7,900 nt of DNA from Selaginella moellendorffii (GCF_000143415.4 NW_003314653.1:1-7900), one strand, 5' to 3'; counted from the stretch's first letter, positions 1-7,900 are shown. Numbers and translations are program-made. Notes: generated by a model not told the origin, from the sequence alone.

Positions 1-560
1 GTTTCGCGTGGGACTGGCGCCGTTGGGTTCGTGTTCGTGGGGGGCACCCTCCCCAGTGACAGGAGGTGCAAGGACCTCTCGGGGTTTGCCCCTTTCGCCC
101 AGCGGTCGCAAGGGTGTGCCGTTTTCGACAAGGCACGCACGGTGCCAGCATGGCATGGGGGGCCCAGCCAATTCGGATCGATGCCCTCGACGCGGGCTTC
201 GCCACGGCGCTCCTGGGGTCGCGTTCCAGTGCAGGCCCGAGCGCCAGTGCGGTGTTTTCCTCGAGAGTGAGATGCACTCCCGGCGGCAGCCCACGCATGG
301 GGCCCGCGATCCGTTGGCACGGCCGCGACCGGGGCGTCACGCCGGCCGGCCCCGTTGGTGCCGGAGTGCGGGCGGGCACACGGATCGCCACGTGGGACGC
401 ATCTTCTTCCGTGGGAAAAACCACAAAAGCAGGCGCCCAGGACATGGAAAAATGTACTTGGCCACATGGGCCAGTTGCGCGCACCGCCCCAGTTGCTCCC
501 ATGTGCCCAAGGGCGAAAGGGGGCCCACGGTCCACGAGATATGGCAACGGGAACAGCACA

Positions 561-854
561 AAACCCATTGCAATGGTGTGGGACGGTGGAGCAACGAAAT
601 CGGGATCCGTTTCTGTGGAAACGGGTGGACTCACGCAAGCTTTCCAACGGTTCAAGTCCCACCGCAAACCGAGCCATGGATGTTGCCCACTCGCTCGAAA
701 ACCCAGCGTCAAACCCATCGCAATGGTGCGGGCCGGTGGAGCGACGAAATCCAGATCCGTTTCTGTGGAAACGGGTGGACTCACGCAAGCTTTCCAACGG
801 TTCAAGTCCCACCGCAAACCGAGCCATGGATCTTGCCCACTCGCGCAAAACCCA
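561..854. repeat. Internal direct subrepeat pair, 150-bp period (561-710 and 711-~854), unit 1
   Basis: AAACCCATYGCAATGGTG... at 561 and 711. I count 7 mismatches over the first 134 nt; 604-681 and 754-831 are identical. Confidence 0.97.
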
Positions 855-1031
855 TATCCAGACCCTAGCCCTAGCCACGTGTCACGGGGACCGCCGGTCA
901 AACTCATCGCCGCCGGTCAACCACCCCACCGCACCGACGGCCGCGATTGCCCCAACTTAAGCCCCACTTAATCGCACTAAGCGCTCCCCATAATCGCCCT
1001 TTGCTAGTTAAACCCCCTCCCCCACAAACCC

Positions 1032-1042
1032 AATAAATTTAA
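1032..1042 (+). promoter_or_regulatory. TATA-like element (in every unit; offsets +1247, +2496, +3841, +5090, +6339)
   Basis: AATAAATTTAA, an 11-nt pure A/T run in a GC-rich unit, 30 to 20 nt upstream of the putative +1 G at 1062, where TFIIIB/TBP binds in Pol III genes. Confidence 0.55.
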
Positions 1043-1074
1043 CCGACACGAAATATGTAACGGAGAGGTGGTAG

Positions 1075-1085
1075 AGGCCTAGTGG
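1075..1085 (+). promoter_or_regulatory. Internal A-box-like element (in every unit)
   Basis: AGGCCTAGTGG versus consensus TRGCNNARYGG, at +14 from the putative start. Confidence 0.5.
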
Positions 1086-1129
1086 CAGAGACCCCCAATC
1101 TAAAAACAAGTCCACTCAAATAGGTCCCT

Positions 1130-1140
1130 GGGTCGAGACC
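1130..1140 (+). promoter_or_regulatory. Internal B-box-like element (in every unit)
   Basis: GGGTCGAGACC versus GGTTCGANNCC, 44 nt after the A box. G replaces the normally conserved T54-equivalent. Confidence 0.55.
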
Positions 1141-1156
1141 CACCCGGAGCCACCTC

Positions 1157-1161
1157 TTTTT
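1157..1161 (+). terminator. Oligo-T Pol III terminator-like signal (in every unit)
   Basis: TTTTT directly at the 3' arm of the terminal stem. It is the only T5 I find on the + strand of the unit, and there is no T4 within 1062-1156. Confidence 0.6.
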
Positions 1162-1809
1162 GGCACAATTTAAGTAGTGGAGGGAATATTCTCTCGGAAT
1201 AATGGAGAATGCGGGCGTTGGGGGCCGTTTTCTCGCGAACCGTGCGTGCGTTTCGCGTGGGACTGGCGCCGTTGGGTTCGTGTTCGTGGGGGGCACCCTC
1301 CCCAGTGACAGGAGGTGCAAGGACCTCTCGGGGTTTGCCCCTTTCGCCCAGCGGTCGCAAGGGTGTGCCGTTTTCGACAAGGCACGCACGGTGCCAGCAT
1401 GGCATGGGGGGCCCAGCCAATTCGGATCGATGCCCTCGACGCGGGCTTCGCCACGGCGCTCCTGGGGTCGCGTTCCAGTGCAGGCCCGAGCGCCAGTGCG
1501 GTGTTTTCCTCGAGAGTGAGATGCACTCCCGGCGGCAGCCCACGCATGGGGCCCGCGATCCGTTGGCACGGCCGCGACCGGGGCGTCACGCCGGCCGGCC
1601 CCGTTGGTGCCGGAGTGCGGGCGGGCACACGGATCGCCACGTGGGACGCATCTTCTTCCGTGGGAAAAACCACAAAAGCAGGCGCCCAGGACATGGAAAA
1701 ATGTACTTGGCCACATGGGCCAGTTGCGCGCACCGCCCCAGTTGCTCCCATGTGCCCAAGGGCGAAAGGGGGCCCACGGTCCACGAGATATGGCAACGGG
1801 AACAGCACA

Positions 1810-2101
1810 AAACCCATTGCAATGGTGTGGGACGGTGGAGCAACGAAATCGGGATCCGTTTCTGTGGAAACGGGTGGACTCACGCAAGCTTTCCAACGGT
1901 TCAAGTCCCACCGCAAACCGAGCCATGGATGTTGCCCACTCGCTCGAAAACCCAGCGTCAAACCCATCGCAATGGTGCGGGCCGGTGGAGCGACGAAATC
2001 CAGATCCGTTTCTGTGGAACGGGTGGACTCACGCAAGCTTTCCACGGTTCAAGTCCCACCGCAAACCGAGCCATGGATCTTGCCCACTCGCGCAAAACCC
2101 A
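1810..2101. repeat. 150-bp subrepeat pair, unit 2
   Basis: As unit 1, with two single-A deletions in the second subrepeat (about 2019 and 2044). Confidence 0.95.
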
Positions 2102-2308
2102 TATCCAGACCCTAGCCCTAGCCACGTGTCACGGGGACCGCCGGTCAAACTCATCGCCGCCGGTCAACCACCCCACCGCACCGACGGCCGCGATTGCCCC
2201 AACTTAAGCCCCACTTAATCGCACTAAGCGCTCCCCATAATCGCCCTTTGCTAGTTAAACCCCCTCCCCCACAAACCCAATAAATTTAACCGACACGAAA
2301 TATGTAAC

Positions 2309-2408
2309 GGAGAGGTGGTAGAGGCCTAGTGGCAGAGACCCCCAATCTAAAAACAAGTCCACTCAAATAGGTCCCTGGGTCGAGACCCACCCGGAGCCAC
2401 CTCTTTTT
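2309..2408 (+). ncRNA. Putative Pol III small RNA gene, copy 2
   Basis: Identical by eye to 1062-1161. Confidence 0.65.
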
Positions 2409-3056
2409 GGCACAATTTAAGTAGTGGAGGGAATATTCTCTCGGAATAATGGAGAATGCGGGCGTTGGGGGCCGTTTTCTCGCGAACCGTGCGTGCGTTT
2501 CGCGTGGGACTGGCGCCGTTGGGTTCGTGTTCGTGGGGGGCACCCTCCCCAGTGACAGGAGGTGCAAGGACCTCTCGGGGTTTGCCCCTTTCGCCCAGCG
2601 GTCGCAAGGGTGTGCCGTTTTCGACAAGGCACGCACGGTGCCAGCATGGCATGGGGGGCCCAGCCAATTCGGATCGATGCCCTCGACGCGGGCTTCGCCA
2701 CGGCGCTCCTGGGGTCGCGTTCCAGTGCAGGCCCGAGCGCCAGTGCGGTGTTTTCCTCGAGAGTGAGATGCACTCCCGGCGGCAGCCCACGCATGGGGCC
2801 CGCGATCCGTTGGCACGGCCGCGACCGGGGCGTCACGCCGGCCGGCCCCGTTGGTGCCGGAGTGCGGGCGGGCACACGGATCGCCACGTGGGACGCATCT
2901 TCTTCCGTGGGAAAAACCACAAAAGCAGGCGCCCAGGACATGGAAAAATGTACTTGGCCACATGGGCCAGTTGCGCGCACCGCCCCAGTTGCTCCCATGT
3001 GCCCAAGGGCGAAAGGGGGCCCACGGTCCACGAGATATGGCAACGGGAACAGCACA

Positions 3057-3350
3057 AAACCCATTGCAATGGTGTGGGACGGTGGAGCAACGAAATCGGG
3101 ATCCGTTTCTGTGGAAACGGGTGGACTCACGCAAGCTTTCCAACGGTTCAAGTCCCACCGCAAACCGAGCCATGGATGTTGCCCACTCGCTCGAAAACCC
3201 AGCGTCAAACCCATCGCAATGGTGCGGGCCGGTGGAGCGACGAAATCCAGATCCGTTTCTGTGGAAACGGGTGGACTCACGCAAGCTTTCCAACGGTTCA
3301 AGTCCCACCGCAAACCGAGCCATGGATCTTGCCCACTTGCGCAAAACCCA
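3057..3350. repeat. 150-bp subrepeat pair, unit 3
   Basis: As unit 1, with C>T at 3338. Confidence 0.95.
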
Positions 3351-3557
3351 TATCCAGACCCTAGCCCTAGCCACGTGTCACGGGGACCGCCGGTCAAACT
3401 CATCGCCGCCGGTCAACCACCCCACCGCACCGACGGCCGCGATTGCCCCAACTTAAGCCCCACTTAATCGCACTAAGCGCTCCCCATAATCGCCCTTTGC
3501 TAGTTAAACCCCCTCCCCCACAAACCCAATAAATTTAACCGACACGAAATATGTAAC

Positions 3558-3657
3558 GGAGAGGTGGTAGAGGCCTAGTGGCAGAGACCCCCAATCTAAA
3601 AACAAGTCCACTCAAATAGGGCCCTGGGACGAGAACCACCCGGAACCACCTCTTTTT
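3558..3657 (+). ncRNA. Putative Pol III small RNA gene, copy 3 (4 substitutions, adjacent to gap)
   Basis: Same as copy 1 except T>G 3621, T>A 3629, C>A 3635 and G>A 3645; two of these fall in the B box. All lie within 45 nt of the N gap. Confidence 0.5.
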
Positions 3658-3663
3658 GGCACA

Positions 3664-3763
3664 NNNNNNNNNNNNNNNNNNNNNNNNNNNNNNNNNNNNN
3701 NNNNNNNNNNNNNNNNNNNNNNNNNNNNNNNNNNNNNNNNNNNNNNNNNNNNNNNNNNNNNNN
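3664..3763. other. Assembly gap (100 N placeholder)
   Basis: Exactly 100 Ns. The flanks (...TTTTTGGCACA / TAGTAGTGGAGG...) are in repeat phase, about 4 nt apart in the unit. Confidence 0.99.
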
Positions 3764-4401
3764 TAGTAGTGGAGGGAATATTCTCTCGGAATAATGGAGA
3801 ATGCGGGCGTTGGGGGCCGTTTTCTCGCGAACCGTGCGTGCGTTTCGCGTGGGACTGGCGCCGTTGGGTTCGTGTTCGTGGGGGGCACCCTCCCCAGTGA
3901 CAGGAGGTGCAAGGACCTCTCGGGGTTTGCCCCTTTCGCCCAGCGGTCGCAAGGGTGTGCCGTTTTCGACAAGGCACGCACGGTGCCAGCATGGCATGGG
4001 GGGCCCAGCCAATTCGGATCGATGCCCTCGACGCGGGCTTCGCCACGGCGCTCCTGGGGTCGCGTTCCAGTGCAGGCCCGAGCGCCAGTGCGGTGTTTTC
4101 CTCGAGAGTGAGATGCACTCCCGGCGGCAGCCCACGCATGGGGCCCGCGATCCGTTGGCACGGCCGCGACCGGGGCGTCACGCCGGCCGGCCCCGTTGGT
4201 GCCGGAGTGCGGGCGGGCACACGGATCGCCACGTGGGACGCATCTTCTTCCGTGGGAAAAACCACAAAAGCAGGCGCCCAGGACATGGAAAAATGTACTT
4301 GGCCACATGGGCCAGTTGCGCGCACCGCCCCAGTTGCTCCCATGTGCCCAAGGGCGAAAGGGGGCCCACGGTCCACGAGATATGGCAACGGGAACAGCAC
4401 A

Positions 4402-4695
4402 AAACCCATTGCAATGGTGTGGGACGGTGGAGCAACGAAATCGGGATCCGTTTCTGTGGAAACGGGTGGACTCACGCAAGCTTTCCAACGGTTCAAGTCC
4501 CACCGCAAACCGAGCCATGGATGTTGCCCACTCGCTCGAAAACCCAGCGTCAAACCCATCGCAATGGTGCGGGCCGGTGGAGCGACGAAATCCAGATCCG
4601 TTTCTGTGGAAACGGGTGGACTCACGCAAGCTTTCCAACGGTTCAAGTCCCACCGCAAACCGAGCCATGGATCTTGCCCACTCGCGCAAAACCCA
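4402..4695. repeat. 150-bp subrepeat pair, unit 4
   Basis: As unit 1. Confidence 0.95.
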
Positions 4696-4902
4696 TATCC
4701 AGACCCTAGCCCTAGCCACGTGTCACGGGGACCGCCGGTCAAACTCATCGCCGCCGGTCAACCACCCCACCGCACCGACGGCCGCGATTGCCCCAACTTA
4801 AGCCCCACTTAATCGCACTAAGCGCTCCCCATAATCGCCCTTTGCTAGTTAAACCCCCTCCCCCACAAACCCAATAAATTTAACCGACACGAAATATGTA
4901 AC

Positions 4903-5002
4903 GGAGAGGTGGTAGAGGCCTAGTGGCAGAGACCCCCAATCTAAAAACAAGTCCACTCAAATAGGTCCCTGGGTCGAGACCCACCCGGAGCCACCTCTTT
5001 TT
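4903..5002 (+). ncRNA. Putative Pol III small RNA gene, copy 4
   Basis: Identical by eye to 1062-1161. Confidence 0.65.
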
Positions 5003-5650
5003 GGCACAATTTAAGTAGTGGAGGGAATATTCTCTCGGAATAATGGAGAATGCGGGCGTTGGGGGCCGTTTTCTCGCGAACCGTGCGTGCGTTTCGCGTG
5101 GGACTGGCGCCGTTGGGTTCGTGTTCGTGGGGGGCACCCTCCCCAGTGACAGGAGGTGCAAGGACCTCTCGGGGTTTGCCCCTTTCGCCCAGCGGTCGCA
5201 AGGGTGTGCCGTTTTCGACAAGGCACGCACGGTGCCAGCATGGCATGGGGGGCCCAGCCAATTCGGATCGATGCCCTCGACGCGGGCTTCGCCACGGCGC
5301 TCCTGGGGTCGCGTTCCAGTGCAGGCCCGAGCGCCAGTGCGGTGTTTTCCTCGAGAGTGAGATGCACTCCCGGCGGCAGCCCACGCATGGGGCCCGCGAT
5401 CCGTTGGCACGGCCGCGACCGGGGCGTCACGCCGGCCGGCCCCGTTGGTGCCGGAGTGCGGGCGGGCACACGGATCGCCACGTGGGACGCATCTTCTTCC
5501 GTGGGAAAAACCACAAAAGCAGGCACCCAGGACATGGAAAAATGTACTTGGCCACATGGGCCAGTTGCGCGCACCGCCCCAGTTGCTCCCATGTGCCCAA
5601 GGGCGAAAGGGGGCCCACGGTCCACGAGATATGGCAACGGGAACAGCACA

Positions 5651-5944
5651 AAACCCATTGCAATGGTGTGGGACGGTGGAGCAACGAAATCGGGATCCGT
5701 TTCTGTGGAAACGGGTGGACTCACGCAAGCTTTCCAACGGTTCAAGTCCCACCGCAAACCGAGCCATGGATGTTGCCCACTCGCTCGAAAACCCAGCGTC
5801 AAACCCATCGCAATGGTGCGGGCCGGTGGAGCGACGAAATCCAGATCCGTTTCTGTGGAAACGGGTGGACTCACGCAAGCTTTCCAACGGTTCAAGTCCC
5901 ACCGCAAACCGAGCCATGGATCTTGCCCACTCGCGCAAAACCCA
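5651..5944. repeat. 150-bp subrepeat pair, unit 5
   Basis: As unit 1. Confidence 0.95.
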
Positions 5945-6151
5945 TATCCAGACCCTAGCCCTAGCCACGTGTCACGGGGACCGCCGGTCAAACTCATCGC
6001 CGCCGGTCAACCACCCCACCGCACCGACGGCCGCGATTGCCCCAACTTAAGCCCCACTTAATCGCACTAAGCGCTCCCCATAATCGCCCTTTGCTAGTTA
6101 AACCCCCTCCCCCACAAACCCAATAAATTTAACCGACACGAAATATGTAAC

Positions 6152-6251
6152 GGAGAGGTGGTAGAGGCCTAGTGGCAGAGACCCCCAATCTAAAAACAAG
6201 TCCACTCAAATAGGTCCCTGGGTCGAGACCCACCCGGAGCCACCTCTTTTT
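6152..6251 (+). ncRNA. Putative Pol III small RNA gene, copy 5
   Basis: Identical by eye to 1062-1161. Confidence 0.65.
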
Positions 6252-6899
6252 GGCACAATTTAAGTAGTGGAGGGAATATTCTCTCGGAATAATGGAGAAT
6301 GCGGGCGTTGGGGGCCGTTTTCTCGCGAACCGTGCGTGCGTTTCGCGTGGGACTGGCGCCGTTGGGTTCGTGTTCGTGGGGGGCACCCTCCCCAGTGACA
6401 GGAGGTGCAAGGACCTCTCGGGGTTTGCCCCTTTCGCCCAGCGGTCGCAAGGGTGTGCCGTTTTCGACAAGGCACGCACGGTGCCAGCATGGCATGGGGG
6501 GCCCAGCCAATTCGGATCGATGCCCTCGACGCGGGCTTCGCCACGGCGCTCCTGGGGTCGCGTTCCAGTGCAGGCCCGAGCGCCAGTGCGGTGTTTTCCT
6601 CGAGAGTGAGATGCACTCCCGGCGGCAGCCCACGCATGGGGCCCGCGATCCGTTGGCACGGCCGCGACCGGGGCGTCACGCCGGCCGGCCCCGTTGGTGC
6701 CGGAGTGCGGGCGGGCACACGGATCGCCACGTGGGACGCATCTTCTTCCGTGGGAAAAACCACAAAAGCAGGCGCCCAGGACATGGAAAAATGTACTTGG
6801 CCACATGGGCCAGTTGCGCGCACCGCCCCAGTTGCTCCCATGTGCCCAAGGGCGAAAGGGGGCCCACGGTCCACGAGATATGGCAACGGGAACAGCACA

Positions 6900-7193
6900 A
6901 AACCCATTGCAATGGTGTGGGACGGTGGAGCAACGAAATCGGGATCCGTTTCTGTGGAAACGGGTGGACTCACGCAAGCTTTCCAACGGTTCAAGTCCCA
7001 CCGCAAACCGAGCCATGGATGTTGCCCACTCGCTCGAAAACCCAGCGTCAAACCCATCGCAATGGTGCGGGCCGGTGGAGCGACGAAATCCAGATCCGTT
7101 TCTGTGGAAACGGGTGGACTCACGCAAGCTTTCCAACGGTTCAAGTCCCACCGCAAACCGAGCCATGGATCTTGCCCACTCGCGCAAAACCCA
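6900..7193. repeat. 150-bp subrepeat pair, unit 6
   Basis: As unit 1. Confidence 0.95.
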
Positions 7194-7400
7194 TATCCAG
7201 ACCCTAGCCCTAGCCACGTGTCACGGGGACCGCCGGTCAAACTCATCGCCGCCGGTCAACCACCCCACCGCACCGACGGCCGCGATTGCCCCAACTTAAG
7301 CCCCACTTAATCGCACTAAGCGCTCCCCATAATCGCCCTTTGCTAGTTAAACCCCCTCCCCCACAAACCCAATAAATTTAACCGACACGAAATATGTAAC

Positions 7401-7500
7401 GGAGAGGTGGTAGAGGCCTAGTGGCAGAGACCCCCAATCTAAAAACAAGTCCACTCAAATAGGTCCCTGGGTCGAGACCCACCCGGAGCCACCTCTTTTT
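7401..7500 (+). ncRNA. Putative Pol III small RNA gene, copy 6
   Basis: Identical by eye to 1062-1161. Confidence 0.65.
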
Positions 7501-7900
7501 GGCACAATTTAAGTAGTGGAGGGAATATTCTCTCGGAATAATGGAGAATGCGGGCGTTGGGGGCCGTTTTCTCGCGAACCGTGCGTGCGTTTCGCGTGGG
7601 ACTGGCGCCGTTGGGTTCGTGTTCGTGGGGGGCACCCTCCCCAGTGACAGGAGGTGCAAGGACCTCTCGGGGTTTGCCCCTTTCGCCCAGCGGTCGCAAG
7701 GGTGTGCCGTTTTCGACAAGGCACGCACGGTGCCAGCATGGCATGGGGGGCCCAGCCAATTCGGATCGATGCCCTCGACGCGGGCTTCGCCACGGCGCTC
7801 CTGGGGTCGCGTTCCAGTGCAGGCCCGAGCGCCAGTGCGGTGTTTTCCTCGAGAGTGAGATGCACCCAACCGACAAGTAGTCAGGGTTTGCCCCCGAAGC

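Larger units (their letters stand above)
1062..1161 (+). ncRNA. Putative Pol III (A/B-box) small RNA gene, ~100 nt, panhandle fold, vault-RNA-like layout; copy 1
   Basis: AGAGGTGG (1064-1071) is the exact reverse complement of CCACCTCT (1150-1157) and can be extended by G-U pairs. A-box-like AGGCCTAGTGG at 1075-1085 (1 mismatch to TRGCNNARYGG). B-box-like GGGTCGAGACC at 1130-1140 (1 mismatch to GGTTCGANNCC). T5 at 1157-1161 and a TATA-like element upstream. Start site and family are inferred. Confidence 0.65.
1..7865. repeat. Tandem array of a 1,249-bp unit, about 6.2 copies visible (true number unknown)
   Basis: GTTTCGCGTGGGACTGGCGCC recurs at 1, 1250, 2497, 3842, 5091, 6340 and 7589 (spacing 1249, 1247, 1345 including the N gap, 1249, 1249, 1249). 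The ORF track repeats with the same period. Similarity stops after ...GAGATGCAC at 7865. Confidence 0.99.

Noticed and set aside
13-248. Second structured RNA suggested by short inverted repeats (ACTGGCGC/GCGCCAGT, GAGGT/ACCTC, GGGG/CCCC, GGCAC/GTGCC)
   Set aside because: Stems of 4-8 bp are expected by chance in GC-rich DNA, and no promoter or terminator signals frame them.
561-854. Hammerhead ribozyme/retrozyme or CRISPR array
   Set aside because: I found no CTGANGA core on either strand, no short repeats with unique spacers, and no cas genes.
8-971. Long ORFs (200-390 aa) in all frames of every unit
   Set aside because: They overlap in multiple frames on both strands, are rich in Arg/Pro/Gly/Ala, show no domain I recognise, and many start at non-ATG codons. 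This is expected from stop-poor GC-rich DNA.
1068-1150. tRNA gene (including intron-containing or Sec)
   Set aside because: Anchoring on the A and B boxes, the acceptor arms (GTGGTAG / CCGGAGC) do not pair, the canonical T stem and 7-nt loop do not form, and there is no anticodon arm. tRNA ancestry of the boxes remains possible.
1062-1161. 5S rRNA gene
   Set aside because: The array layout, terminal helix and upstream context (...TAAC|GGA) are 5S-like, but the segment is about 20 nt too short, lacks the conserved loop C and C-box motifs, and has a B box instead.
1062-1161. SINE or LTR/TRIM retroelement
   Set aside because: No poly-A or simple-repeat tail, target-site duplication, paired LTRs, PBS or PPT were recognised, and the copies are tandem rather than dispersed within this window.
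1041-1163. Spliced-leader RNA or Sm-class snRNA gene
   Set aside because: TTTTTGG lacks the preceding purine-A of an Sm site, there is no convincing splice donor, and only a short resemblance (AACCGACACG) to a flatworm leader 5' end. Not fully excluded: check mRNA 5' ends for a shared leader.
2018-2044. Two single-A deletions causing frameshifts in unit 2
   Set aside because: Both shorten A runs, which is typical of sequencing or consensus error, and the affected ORFs are not credible anyway.
3621-3645. Pseudogenised copy with a mutated B box
   Set aside because: Four substitutions (three transversions) cluster within 45 nt of the contig end, more simply explained by low-quality base calls.

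Overview
The window is almost entirely (1-7865) a head-to-tail tandem array of a GC/CpG-rich 1,249-bp unit: about 6.2 near-identical copies starting at 1, 1250, 2497, 3842, 5091, 6340 and 7589, with a 100-N assembly gap at 3664-3763 and the array end at about 7865. No credible protein-coding gene is present; the ORFs are overlapping by-products of GC-rich repeat DNA. Each unit carries one ~100-nt segment (first copy 1062-1161) built like a eukaryotic RNA polymerase III gene: an AT-rich TATA-like element at about -30 to -20, an A-box-like motif, a B-box-like motif, ends that pair into a terminal stem, and the unit's only + strand T5 run. It does not fold as a tRNA and does not resemble 5S rRNA. 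Its layout is closest to vault RNA/VA/EBER-type panhandle RNAs, so the array is best read as a 5S-rDNA-style cluster of an unidentified small Pol III RNA gene (inference, not confirmed). The spacer holds a 150-bp subrepeat pair with palindromes and hairpins, plus short duplicated motifs upstream of the putative gene. The host is probably eukaryotic but cannot be identified from the sequence.
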